From positions 158,654 to 222,653 of the forward strand of contig CAWENF010000002.1 of the NCBI GenBank assembly GCA_963810275.1: a DNA stretch of 64,000 nucleotides, given 5' to 3'. Each line of letters opens with the position of its first letter. Within the stretch, counting starts at the first letter, position 1. Under the pieces are notes generated by a model. The model was not told where the DNA came from and made no database searches. It saw only the letters and a program-made list of their open reading frames with translations. Shown here piece after piece: positions 49,797 to 61,974 of the stretch. Source of the stretch: an uncultured archaeon (GTDB taxonomy: Archaea > Thermoproteota > Bathyarchaeia > Bathyarchaeales > Bathycorpusculaceae). A program made the position numbers and the translations under genes.

Positions 49797-51000
49797 TTAA
49801 TTAGGTATCAAAAATGATAAATCATTATTTTTTTGAATCAGAGAAACTTTATTCATCAATTTTAAACTTTCTTGACGATAATTATTTTCCAATTCAATTA
49901 ATTGCTTATTGATGGCATTAATATCAATTGGTTTTCTGACGTCAAAGAAGTAGGATAGTTGATCAAAATCGCGCATTAGCTCAAAATACTTAGTAGCCCA
50001 CCCGATTACCAATGCTGGAACACCGTTTTTATACGCATGGATTATCGAATGATATCTAGTAGGCTATAACAAAATCAAAATTTTTAATAATTTTTTCTAA
50101 TTCGAAAACATTCAAATCTTCAGAAACTACCTTAATTTTTTCATTATCTTGAAAGAAGTTTTTTATCTTAAGACAAACTTCCAAGTCATCATATGAATGC
50201 CTAAGCAAGTAAACGTTTTTCTTATCATTAATCAACTTACTGATCAATTGGACATAAATATTGAATATTTCATTTGAATTAGCCCTTTCTAAGACTCTCA
50301 GATTAGGAATAATCCCTACCGAGTTAGGCTTTATTTCAATGTTTTTTAGCGGTAAGTCGCCAAAAATGAAGTTATTGATAGAATAACTCTTATTTTGTAA
50401 GACTAAATCAAATGATTTTGTTACATTCTTTGAAAACCTTCTGACTGAAGAAAAACCTTCTCTTTCCCTAACAAATATCTTTTCAGGATATTTTAGGAAA
50501 ACTTTCAAAAGTGGATATAATAGAAATTTATTTGTAACAGAGTAATTAAAAGGCCCTATCGATTGGGGGAAAATATAATACGGGATTGAGTAAAATTTAG
50601 CCGTTGCTATATTTAATAGATAGCTTATATTTTCTGTTAGACTCCATTGCGAAGATAAGGCATAGCCGCTTATGTCAATAAAAAAAGCTGCTTCTTTAAA
50701 AACCTTCTCTAAATTAATATATTGAGAATTTGTTTTATTTTTTAGAAGTGCGTGTTTATACCCCAAAAAAAGTATTTTTGCTTTAAATTCCCAAGGGAGT
50801 ATATTAAATTTATACTTACTTTTTTCATAGTCAGACCTTTCCAAAATCCCCATTCGAAAGCAAGTAAATTTCGTTCTCTGGAAACTTCTTTTTCATTTGA
50901 TCAATTACCGTAAATGTCATCGCCTGAGCGCCTTTATTAAATAACTCACCACCGACAATTATGATGTTTAATCCTTTTGTTCTATTTTTATCTGTTTTAT
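49797..51000 (-). CDS. Polysaccharide pyruvyl transferase family protein (WcaK-like), frameshifted
   Basis: GGELFNKGAQAM, DISGYALS, PQSIGPF, VRE, YHSIIHA..GVP, IGWATKY. Confidence 0.85.
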
Positions 51001-51026
51001 GAGGAACTAAATTACGGCTGAGTATA

Positions 51027-52292
51027 TTAGAAAAAGCGATGGACTAGTTTCAGTAGTTTTTTTGCAGCCCCTAATTTTTTTGCTAAAATTACTAAGTTTA
51101 AATGAAATTTTATTTTATTAATTTGATATTTTTTGCCCCAATTAATATACTTCTCTAATTTTGATAACTCTAACCGTTTGGAACGATCAGTTGATTGTTC
51201 ATGAAAAGAGCCGGGCGAACTCCAAGTTCTTCCGTTTTTCAAAAATTTTTTGAGAACTCATTATTGCATTTAGGATTCGTCGCTTCCAATGTAAATAAAT
51301 CAGAACAAATTTGGAATGTTCTTAAACCTTTTTTTGTTCTAATAATTATATCAGAAATCCCATAAGAATCACTTTTGCCTTCCGAATAACAGTCGCCAAA
51401 ATGAAATATCAGAGAGCGAATTTAATTTATCAGCACAAAAAAGACATCTGTTTAATTGAAAATATGGTTTAAGGCTAATTCTAACAGCCCTATCTATAAT
51501 TAAAGTTCTTCCAGAATCAAAATAGAGTTTAGAGTCTCCAGGCCATCCAGTCTTTTCCTTTGTTCTAAACTCCATTTTCAGTAGTTTTTCTTCGTTCTTT
51601 CCAAACTCATCTTTAAAATACCTTTGTATGTTAAAGTTCATTGTTTTGTCGCAAAACAAACCAATGAGGAATGAATCGGTCTTCGGAGATCCCAAATTTT
51701 CTGATAAATTTCTTTACTCCAACAATCAAGCACGGAGTTCCCACAATGACATATTTTTTTTCTTTTTCGTTTTTTAAAGTTGTAATTACGTTATACAACG
51801 AAACGGGAACATATTTTGATTTTGCGCTGTTAAGTATATCAACAATATTGTCTGTGGCAACTAAGCCGAGCCGGTTTTCCTTCAAATATATCAAAATTCA
51901 AAATAAATGCAGCATCATACATTTTACGATTTAATAACTCTATAATGAAGGGTGTAAACTAACCCGCCACTAGTTGAATTCATCCTTAACTTAAAATTAC
52001 GACTACAACCATTGTAACATTTCAATCGAAGAACCTGTTAAGATATGGTCATCATTATTTTCTTCTATTAGATCAAAAGGATCAAGAATCGTGCCCGGAC
52101 AGTAGGTCTAAGCAAACGACCACATAATGAACACTTTGTGTTATCTATAATTGGCAGGAATTGACCATCTTTGAAAATCATAGAAATTGCTTTTTTTGGA
52201 CATACACTCACACATATTTCGCAGGACACACAAAGATTTTGTCGCCTTGTCTCCGTTACATTAAAAGAAGAGTTTTGCTTAATTGCAGGCAG
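51027..52292 (-). CDS. FrhB/FdhB (F420 hydrogenase beta)-domain Fe-S protein, frameshifted, probable CTG start
   Basis: CVSCEICVSVCP ferredoxin motif, SSGG, KSKYVPV, VGTPC, GLFCD, GWPG, RCLFCAD. Confidence 0.8.
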
Positions 52293-52381
52293 TCCCTATG
52301 CACCTCACCAAACGATAACCTGTATTTAACTATAACATATATGTTGTTTCTAAAAATGAAGATAGTATGCATATTCTACAA

Positions 52382-54335
52382 TTAAATAGATTATTTTGTT
52401 ATAACAGTAACTGGTCCGCTATATACCCTGGAATAATTAAGCGCTAAATCTTTCTGTAGTTGTGACTCGTTGATGTTGACCAAAAGATTTTGTGCATCAG
52501 AGTTTTTCCTGCCTATAAATAAAAAGTCCACCTTTATCAAGGAAATTGGAAATGTATTGGTAACTTGCAGCTAACCCATATGTACCCAAAGCTGTTATAG
52601 CCAAATTCCCATAAAGAGTCTCTAATTTGTCAGTTTTCGTTGAGGTATCATCATCTATATTTGCAGCAAATTTGTTGAGGAATAAATATCTTACATGAGT
52701 ATCAGTTTGGTAATCAGTCAATATGGCACTAGCACCACAATGTGATACAATTGTTTGTAAACTAGTAATCTCACTACTTTCAGGTGGAAAGCCTACAGAG
52801 TAATTAGTTTGGACATTGAAAGGATTTACTGCTGGAGTCAGTACGGCACTAAATCCTACACTCGATATTAGTATTATAACTATGATACCTACGAATCCCT
52901 TGCCAATTTTTCCACGCCTCAACAAACTTTCAAAGCCTTTGGCTGATATGATTGAAAGTAACAAAATTGATCCAAAGCCAAGATATCTATCCAAAACTGC
53001 TGCAGGAAGATAAATCGGACCCAGAAAGCCTATACCCAGCATTATTATACCGTATATAAATATAATCTCTAAGAATAGATTGTTAAATCTGCGGCTATTT
53101 GTTTTGTTTTCAAGCCATGCAACAAAAGCCAATGCAATAGATATAGCTAAAGGACCATAACATAAAAGGGAAGAGGCAAAAGGTGCTCCATCTGTTACTG
53201 TTGCTACAGAGGATGTTTGAGATAAAGTTAACACTTCAGAAAAAACCAGAAATATATCAGTAATACCGTTGACTATTGATCTTGAAATAGCTGTGAATGT
53301 AAAATTAATAATTGTCAGAAGAACAAGTAACAAAAGTATTCGCTTTAGAAATTTCTTTCTGAATCTTTCATTATTTACGCCAAATAGAGACATTCCAAGT
53401 AATAGACATGCAAAAAAACCAATGATCCACAAATCTGTTCCCCCGTGAGCTAATACTATTACAATCAAAAGTGGCAGAGCGCTTAAGAGCATCCAACCTT
53501 GGCTGATCCTCTGATCAAAATTAACAATAACAGAGTTAAAAATAAAATTAGGGTAAAAGCTTGTGGAATGAAACCAACTGTCCAAAGCACGATAAAAGGT
53601 ACGGATAATATTAAAATAACTGTTAAGAAAGAAGGAAAAGAATTAATTTCTTTTCCAAATCTTTTTGAAATTAAAAAAGATAAAATTGAAGTTAATACAA
53701 TATATAAAACACCCATTACAGCACTCGACTGTACTGGAGATGTATTTGAGAGAAAGCGAAATTACAGAATAAATAATTGAATTAACAGGTATAGAATAGG
53801 CAATATTATTAATCCCTCCCAAGAGAACCTTTCTCAATGGTAATAAATGCGACATTACTATACGCGCCAAGTATCTCTAATTAGAACGGGAGGATAAAAA
53901 GCACATATCGCAACAATATATGAAGAAAATAAAAATAATATAAAAAATAACGCTAACCTGTAAGAATATAGTTAAAATAATTGAGACACCAATTCCAATC
54001 ATCAACATTAAAGTTGAATAAAACATTGTATGGAATACTAATAGATCTAAAAGAAGAGAAAAAACATACAATGCACATGTAAATGAAATTAATAATAAGG
54101 CCAAAATATTATCGATATGGAAATTAGATAGCCAAGTATTAAATTCTAATTTTCTAGTCTTCAAATTAAGTATTAATAAAGATGTAAGAAGAATACTGAA
54201 AAAAGAACAATGCTAAATAATAATATTGTTGGTTTGACAAAATAGCGTCAAACGTCTTTTGAAACAAAAGAAATAGAATTATTCCTAATAAGGATACAAA
54301 AATAAATAACTTTGAAATTAAATTTTTTACACTTA
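52382..54335 (-). CDS. Polytopic membrane protein (polymerase/GT-C-like), frameshifted
   Basis: Hydrophobic ORF pieces 53877-54164, 53483-53716, 52497-53585; ends in soluble IYSG-type tail. Confidence 0.55.
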
Positions 54336-54439
54336 TGCTAAAATTGATAATTTCACTAGCTTAATTGGTAATCCTTAAATTAGAAAACTAACGATTTTTT
54401 TCAGCCAACAGCTTTCAGGTCTATGCGATTTGATTTTGC

Positions 54440-55559
54440 TATTCAAGTAATCAGAGACGGTTCCTGGGAGATTTTGCCGCAAACTTGTGCTAATAAGCAG
54501 GTTTTCAATCTTCAAAGCCCAATTACTTGGATTATTATCATCAACAAGCATATCATCTACTTTTTCAAAACCTACTAGTAAATGATAAATTGCATTAGTT
54601 TTAGATGCAATAATAAAAAAGTACTTTTGGCAATTACAGCCTCAACAAATTTCATTGGTAGGACATTATTTAGCAACTTAGTTTATTAGGTATCAACAGA
54701 AGATTTAAAGAGTTATATACACTGTGCATTCCAGCTTCTGGAACATTTAGCACTATAGTACCCTTCTACGTGTAGCTGAGTCATCAAGTTGTTTAAAAAG
54801 CATACATCTTTAGGATCACCAGTACCTACTATAAGCAGTTGGGCACAAGGAATTTTCTTCTGTACCAAATTCATAGCTTTAACGGCCACATCAACGGAAT
54901 GAATTGGTGAAAGGTTACCGACATAACCTACAAGATAATCATCCTTTACAATTGATCTATCTGAAGCCACATTAAAAAGCTCATCAGGCACAGGTTGAGC
55001 TAACTCAACAATACTTTTGGTTGATCCTCTAATTTTAGCGATCTCATTTAAAAAACCGGGAACTGTGAAGACAGTATTCGCATTTCGTATAGCATAACTT
55101 TCTAAAGAATAGCCTAAATTTGAAGCAAAATTATTTCTTTTATTAAATATTTCCTTTGATTCTAGAGGAAACTACCTTTATCGAAATGGAGCCTATAAAT
55201 CGTCTCAAAGAAATAAACCCAAAAGCTAAAAAAGAGCCCCTCACATAAATAGAGTCAATTAGTCCACTCTTTTTTAATAATAGTGAAAATAATGCCAATA
55301 TGAAGCCATATCCAACCATCTGCAACATATATAGAGATTGAAGAGGACAAGGGATTCTTGGTGGAAACGATATTACACTCAGTTTTTCATTAACTGCATA
55401 CTTATTATGCTTAAAAATATCAAGATAGTTAAGCAAAGTTAATACATAAACATGCTGAACTTTACTATTATTAGCTACACATCGTGCTATTCGTCGTTCG
55501 TTTACGACTGCCCCATTAAGTCCTGTAAAACTTCCTAAAACGGTTAATATTCTAACCAT
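54440..55559 (-). CDS. GT4 glycosyltransferase, frameshifted
   Basis: VGYVGNLSPIH, LLIVGTG, PMKFVEA fragments. Confidence 0.75.
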
Positions 55560-55619
55560 AGATGTAACCTCAATCTTTTGCCGTAATTTTATTAAAAAAT
55601 CCAGTTATCGAAAACAAAA

Positions 55620-56351
55620 TTAAATCGCTCTTGCAAACAAAAAAATATTCTCGCTCAGTGTATGATGAAAAGAAAAGCCCAAAGAAAATAAGACAGTTGC
55701 AGGAAATTTGAATAAAATATGCTGAATAAATGTTGGAATATACGGAAAATATGGAGAATCCCATAAACCGTCATGAATTGAACTAATTACTCTAAATCTA
55801 CCCTTTTTCAAAATGGCGAACCACTCTTCCTCAGATAATATGGAAATATGAGTTGAATCTCGGTAGCCGAACCAGTTTTTTCCTTTTAGGGCGATGCCAA
55901 CAGATTTTTTATTTGGAACGGATAAAACTAACAGACCATCAGGTTTTAGAACTCGATGACATTCGTTTATAGTTAACATCGGCCTTTCTATGTGTTCTAG
56001 CAAATCAAAGCAAACCAAAATGTCGAACTTTTGGTGTCCAAAACTTAGAGTTGTGGCGCTACCTATTTCTAAATTACTATTTTGCAACCGCTGCTTAGCC
56101 TTTTTTATGGCATATTTGGAAATATCAACACCATAAGTAGTGTAGAATTCTTGAGCAATTTCCATGAAGAAGCCCTTCCCACAACCCACGTCTAAAAGCT
56201 TACCGTAAGGCTTTGACTTACGAATTTTGTTTATTAAAAGCCTATGTTGAAGTGGCTTAGAGCCATTCAATATAGCTTTGTTAACATAAGAGTTATAACT
56301 AAAATATTCTTCGTCTCGCAAACTCATTTTATCTCTGTTTTTTAAAATCAA
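55620..56351 (-). CDS. Class I SAM-dependent methyltransferase
   Basis: LLDVGCGKG, GVDIS, LLEHI, RVLKPDG. Confidence 0.9.
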   Translation of the reverse strand: MILKNRDKMSLRDEEYFSYNSYVNKAILNGSKPLQHRLLINKIRKSKPYGKLLDVGCGKGFFMEIAQEFYTTYGVDISKYAIKKAKQRLQNSNLEIGSATTLSFGHQKFDILVCFDLLEHIERPMLTINECHRVLKPDGLLVLSVPNKKSVGIALKGKNWFGYRDSTHISILSEEEWFAILKKGRFRVISSIHDGLWDSPYFPYIPTFIQHILFKFPATVLFSLGFSFHHTLSENIFLFARAI

Positions 56352-57572
56352 ATTTTTCGCTAGAGATTCTTTCTAAGTTATAAGCGAGGTCAACAGGGGA
56401 TACTTTGTCGATTTTTAGTGAACGTGGATAACTATCAAGGATTTCTTTCATACCGCCTAATGAAAAGCCAACAATAATTTTTTTGAAATGCATAGCCTCA
56501 TCTGAAACGAATAGGATGACCTTCCGGGACAATGCTGGGAATAACTACAGCGTCACAACTTGTATACGCTTTAGTTAATTCAGACCCTTCAATCCAACCA
56601 AAATAAGTTACAGATTGTGGATATTTTTCTGCAAAAGAGATTGCCTCGTAACGCAATGGTCCATCTCCTGCGAGCATCAAGTTTATGCGTAAACGTAATC
56701 TAAAAATTTGCTCAAATGCTTCAAGCAATAGAATCAAGCCTTTTTCGTGATCAAACGCCCAACATACAGTACATTAACCGATTTAATAGAATCAATATTT
56801 TGCAGAACAAAATTGTCGCCATCTTGAAAAGGAATAAGTATTCTTTTCGGAGGAATTACGAGAATTTTAGAAGGATCAACCCCATAGGATGCATAATATT
56901 TTTTATAAAATTCATTTACAGCAAGAATCGCTTCAGCCCATCTTCGCCAAATATTTATTTTCAACAAAAAAATAATTGAAGAAAAAAGACCAAAAAGGAG
57001 TTTCGAAAAACTTGGAAGATTTAATCCTTTCTTTGTGTTTAGGCAATTTCCACATTGACTAGTTCCTATGGCTAAAACTACAGCTATTATTATCAGGAAA
57101 TGTTGGACAAATCCAATCATATCGAAGATACAAAGGGATTGAAAGGAGTTTGCTCAAAATATGCGGAGCTAATCCTAATTGAAACGATTCTCCGAGAATC
57201 AAAATATCGGGACGAATTTTTTTCAAGAACTTATGTAATCGGTAAAACAGAAGAGGATCCACAAGTTCGCTGGCAACATATGTAAAACCACTGGAAAGCC
57301 CCCCAAATGAATATGGGACATAACTTCCTCAACTCTGAAGACACCTGGGAGGATCCGGTCTTTTTCACCGAACCCCTGAAATCTAGAGCAAGTACGGAAA
57401 CCTTGAAGCCACGTTTAGTTAAAAAATCAACTGTATAGATGAGATCCATAGTTGCTCCACCTACGCTAGATGACCTTGCTTCATTTGGATAAGGCGGGAA
57501 AGTCGTGGTTATTAGTGCTACAGTTTTATAGCCTTTATGGCTGAAATAATCAGCTAATTTATCATAATCCAT
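56329..57572 (-). CDS. GT4 glycosyltransferase, frameshifted
   Basis: TTFPP, LYVGRL, AGDGP, PSIVPEGHP..DEAM, GGMKE fragments. Confidence 0.8.
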
Positions 57573-58655
57573 TTTTGATGCTGATTATTCATAATTTCGC
57601 CGTTATAAGTCACTCTATTCTATTCGTTACATCATCCCAACTGGCAAAACTAAATTTTTTGATCTTCTTGTTAATATTTTGTTGTATACTGTTTGCAAGA
57701 TCAGACATTTTTACTGGAAGGTCAATTCCAAAGCAGTTGACATTATCTATCCATTCAACTAGACCAGAACAATTTGCAACTAAGCATGGAACTCCGGGAG
57801 TTAATGATCTGCAACGCTAATCCCAAAAGCTTCATGGCTTGACAAGCAAATAAAGAGATCTGCATTAACGTATTTTTGTAGAAGATCGTACGCGGAATGT
57901 CTTGATAAAATCTAACAGCTTCTGACAGTCCTAATTTCTTAACCAGTGATATAAGATTTTTTTTATATGGTCCATTTCCAACTATGTCCAATTTAAATTC
58001 TGGACCAAGATCTGGCAACCCCAATAATATACTGGAAGCCCTTGTACTTTTCAAGTCGACCAACACTCAAAATCAATTTTTCTTTTTGCTTTTCCTTCCT
58101 AATCTGTTCAAAATCGGAATGATTAACGGCATTCGGAATTACTACAATTTTTTTAGGATTTATTCTAAAGTTTTTTATTACCAAGTCGGATTCATAACGA
58201 GATACGCATATTACTTTATTTGCACGTTCAAAAGTTGATTTTGCGATATGCCGATATGGCTTATTCAGCATTGTTCTAAAGAGAGTATAACCTGCTCCAT
58301 GATAGTGAGGGGTAAAAACGAATTTTTTATTTTTTTTAACATTTATTGCCCTTCCTGCAAATAAGGAAGGAAAGAATGGTAAGCATGTGCATGAATGATA
58401 TCATAATCCTGAGAATGTTTCTTCAAATATTGCCTTAGGTCTATAGAAAAAAAATATGATTGATTTGGAGCTACGGACTTAAACGAGAATATTAACGTGA
58501 TTCACAAATTCATTTTTGCAATATCTGCCTTCAGGGTCAGTACATGCAACAGTCACTTCGTTATTTCTTGCAAACCTTTCGCTAATATTTTTCACATGCT
58601 CCTCTACGCCCCCCCTAAATGGATAATATAAAGGGCAAACCTGAAGAATTTTCAT
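57554..58655 (-). CDS. GT4 glycosyltransferase, frameshifted
   Basis: MKILQVCPLYYPFRGGVEEHV, FTPHYH, VIPNAV, SVGRLEKYKG, EAFG. Confidence 0.85.
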
Positions 58656-58795
58656 ATTTAACCAAAAAATATAAGTATCAACTAGAATTGCTTTTGCTAT
58701 ATATTTGCCTAACTCTCACAACACAAATAGGTAGAACAATTATTATGCGCCTGAATTAAAGGAAAACTATTTACAGGTTTTAAGTGACTCATAAT

Positions 58796-59803
58796 TCAAC
58801 AATAATTTGAGTAATGTTTTGTATTTCTAACCAGAATTGAAAAAGAATATTTGGTAATAGTTTGCGACATTTTAGATATCAAGAGCATTATTAAGTAAAT
58901 TCCTTTTTTGTTAGGCGTTGTGTTATTCTTTGTTCCATTCTTTTCATTAGAGCGGATGTTGCGGCAACTGCGATTGATTGTGTTGCAAATAGCAGCAGTA
59001 AGACTCCTATATAGTGCCCAGCCGCTGTGCCAGACGCCAAACGCGTATTGTTCGTATAGTACCCAGCCTAAAATTATCAGGGCAGGTATGGATACTGTGC
59101 TTGCTATGGCTGAGAATAGTAGTAGTGGGTTGTATTTCCAGGAGAGTTTTATTACTGCGCCAAGGATGCCAAAGCCGTTCCAGGCGGTGAGTTTTCCTTG
59201 GCCTATTCTTTGTCTGTAGCCTATGGGGACTTCTGTTATGTTGTGGTATGCTGCCATTTGGGCGGCTATTTCTACTTCGGTTAGGAAACCTGTTGAGCTG
59301 AGTTCAAGCTCTTTGGCAACGTCTGTCTTAAGCAGATATAGTCCAGAGCAGACATCAGATACTTTTGCTCCAAAGAGCAGATTAAAAGTGGAGGTTATTA
59401 CTTTGTTGCCGAGTCTGTGTAGGGGGCTTATGTGGGTGCGGTCTCGGATGCCTATGACTTCGGCGTAGTTTTTGCCGTGGGCAAGTAGGCGCCAGATGTC
59501 TTGTGCGGGGTAAGTGAAGTCGCCATCCACCAAAAGCAGGTACGGGGTGTTTACGTTTTCTATGGCGGTTTTTACTGCGCCGGTTTTTCCGCCGCCATGC
59601 TGATGAATAAACTCTACGCCGCCTTTTTCTTCTACAATTTTTTCGGTGTTGTCGGTAGAGTAGCCATCTACAATCAGGATGTTTTTGTATCCTTCTTTTT
59701 GCAGCTCATCGATAACTTGGCTTATGGCTTCCTCTTCGTTTTTAACGGGTATAACTATTGTTAGTTGATCTTTGTCTATCTTGGATGCTACTTGTTCTAC
59801 CAA
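58796..59803 (-). CDS. GT2 glycosyltransferase (Dol-P-sugar synthase-like) with C-terminal TMs
   Basis: VIPVKNEE, VDGYSTD, DGDFTYP, DVCSG; 3' end frameshifted (true stop near 58891). Confidence 0.9.
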   Translation of the reverse strand: MVEQVASKIDKDQLTIVIPVKNEEEAISQVIDELQKEGYKNILIVDGYSTDNTEKIVEEKGGVEFIHQHGGGKTGAVKTAIENVNTPYLLLVDGDFTYPAQDIWRLLAHGKNYAEVIGIRDRTHISPLHRLGNKVITSTFNLLFGAKVSDVCSGLYLLKTDVAKELELSSTGFLTEVEIAAQMAAYHNITEVPIGYRQRIGQGKLTAWNGFGILGAVIKLSWKYNPLLLFSAIASTVSIPALIILGWVLYEQYAFGVWHSGWALYRSLTAAICNTINRSCRNIRSNEKNGTKNNTTPNKKGIYLIMLLISKMSQTITKYSFSILVRNTKHYSNYC

Positions 59804-59807
59804 TCAA

Positions 59808-60233
59808 TCAGGCACTTCTACTATTCATGTTCATAACCGCTAAGTACCTAGCAAAACCTGCATCACAAACCCAACTGCGGGCAGAACGGTTACCCCAAGA
59901 CAATGCAATATCACTAGCTTTCTGTACCAACAAAACCCCTACCGAAGCAGTTAACCTATCAATTTTGCTTTGTGATGCGTCTTGTAGCTTTGTGATTATG
60001 GCCGTCACTAAGGTGGCCAGCTTTGAACTGCGTATGCAATCAACGTATTTTGCGGTTAAGTCTATTACTGCGCGCTCTACATGGCTGAGGGTTTTGTACC
60101 AGATTCCTCGGCGAAGTGCAGCTTTCTTTATCAAAGACAAATCCGCTGCATGCACGGATCTAGTGGACTTTAATTTATGTAAGCCACTAAATATGCCTCT
60201 AAGTAACTGGTTTCCCATGCACCCACTCTTCAC
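59808..60233 (-). CDS. Conserved basic hypothetical protein heading the glycan operon
   Basis: ALRRGIWYKTLSHVERAVIDLT...ALSWGNRSARSW..D.GFARYL. Confidence 0.7.
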   Translation of the reverse strand: MKSGCMGNQLLRGIFSGLHKLKSTRSVHAADLSLIKKAALRRGIWYKTLSHVERAVIDLTAKYVDCIRSSKLATLVTAIITKLQDASQSKIDRLTASVGVLLVQKASDIALSWGNRSARSWVCDAGFARYLAVMNMNSRSA

Positions 60234-60445
60234 TCTCTTCCTAGGAATAGCTTATGGGATTGAGCCCATACCATAAAAGCCTTTGCACAATAATGAATCT
60301 TGACAAACAAGCAAAGAAAACTAAACAAAAAAACAACAGCATCAAACCACACAAAAAACCGCATCAACAGTATCTTAAGAAACACTAAACAGTCCCCACA
60401 GCCACTAAGAAGAAAAACATGTAAAGCTCGCCTCAGCTGAGCAAA

Positions 60446-61405
60446 TCAGAATTTTATCTGCTGATTTCCCGCTTTACTCTCTTTAAACGCCTTTCTTATG
60501 CCATTAGACCAAGCTTCACCATTCTTACCCGCAAACATCAAAAGTGGCGCCAAAGCCGGCAAAGCATAATAAAAAAGCCTAATCACTATCGTTGGCTTTG
60601 AATACATAAGAGCTTGATAGATTCCAAGAGTTGTACGGCGTTTGTATGCTTCTTCCTCTTGAGCATTAGCAGTCCGCTTAGTGGTCACGTAAGCTTCAGA
60701 GCAAAAATACGCCGTAAAGCCCAACTCAAGCGCCTTAAACAAAAGATAAGAATCCTCAGCAATACAAGGCGGAATGGGCATAATTTCTTCGAATACTTCT
60801 CGTTTGATTAGCATTAATTCCCCGCTGGCGCAAACATTAAATTGCTGTCTTATGGGGTTTAGAATTCGATAAAACATCACTTGCGGGCCTTCGTCTATGT
60901 GGACTCTACAATAAACGAGGTCAGCTTTAGATTCCAGGCAAGCTAATGCCAATTCATGATTGTAAATTTTGGTGTCGCAGTCATTGAAAATAACTATTTT
61001 CGTAGTTTTGGGCACAAACTTGGCAGCATAATTGATGGCTTCCCACTTGCCATGAGGATCGTGATGAATAACGTTTGGGTGATCATATTTCTCACCGCAA
61101 ACGATGATAAAAGATAAACCCAGATTTTCAAGTTCCATAATTTTTTGAGGAACATGGGCTGCGTCTCTGGCGCAAACAATTACAAAAGTCTTGGAAATTT
61201 TTTGTTGAGGCGAGGAAAACCAATCATCTACAACAATGCCGGAACTTTCTTGTTCGTCAGATATGTTTTTTTCAAGGTTTTGGTCAGAGATCGCCATCTC
61301 AGACAAACTCAGAGCCGCCTCAGAAGCATTTTTTACATCAAAATCATTTTTTTTCTTAGATAAATTAATACTATGTTTTCCGTAATTGATTGCCCTAACA
61401 CCCAC
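60446..61405 (-). CDS. GT2-family glycosyltransferase
   Basis: GKWEAINYA, NDCD, SGELMLI, AEDSY, KRRTTLG. Confidence 0.8.
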   Translation of the reverse strand: MGVRAINYGKHSINLSKKKNDFDVKNASEAALSLSEMAISDQNLEKNISDEQESSGIVVDDWFSSPQQKISKTFVIVCARDAAHVPQKIMELENLGLSFIIVCGEKYDHPNVIHHDPHGKWEAINYAAKFVPKTTKIVIFNDCDTKIYNHELALACLESKADLVYCRVHIDEGPQVMFYRILNPIRQQFNVCASGELMLIKREVFEEIMPIPPCIAEDSYLLFKALELGFTAYFCSEAYVTTKRTANAQEEEAYKRRTTLGIYQALMYSKPTIVIRLFYYALPALAPLLMFAGKNGEAWSNGIRKAFKESKAGNQQIKF

Positions 61406-61696
61406 TAGCCATTACCCCCTCAGCCAACAAGATACAACCATCTATGAGCTCTTCATATTTAATACTTACTAAATATGAATTCATAAAAAATACAAAACTA
61501 CACAAAATGAAACAAAAACACTCTAAGCTTATTGCTCAAATACTTATTCTCAGTTCCAATCCGCCAGCAACCCAGAACTAAATCCACACACCCCAAAGCA
61601 CCATCAAACAGTATTCTAAAAAAGCAAAATGAAAAATCGAGATGAAAACAAACATGCAAGCACTGCGACGAAAACCAATTTTTAGCAAAGTTGACC

Positions 61697-61929
61697 TATA
61701 GAAGATTATTCTATAACACAATTACAGAATACTGTTACCTTGACGTCTCTTGAGTCTCATTGTTACTTGCCTGTTTCCAATCGTATGAATCATGGCACTA
61801 TAGAATAGTATTCTATAATACAATAACAGAAGCGATGATTATTCTATAATATAATTACAGAACATTACCTCAATGTCTCTTGCGTGCTTGTTTCTTTCAC
61901 TGCCCCCAATCACATAAATTATGGCACTA
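61697..61929. repeat. Diverged tandem duplication with three ATTCTATAAYAYAATWACAGAA cores
   Basis: Cores at 61708-61729, 61810-61831, 61841-61862; two units end in ATGGCACTA. Confidence 0.8.
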
Positions 61930-61974
61930 AAAATGTATCCCAAACCCAAATTTTCACTCTTGCGCTCATACAGG

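Noticed and set aside
51027-52292. Evidence for an F420-reducing hydrogenase or methanogenesis
   Set aside because: FrhB-domain gene sits in a glycan locus beside a pyruvyl transferase with no hydrogenase subunits.
61697-61929. CRISPR array
   Set aside because: Only three irregularly spaced cores, intervening sequences are homologous, and no cas genes are present.
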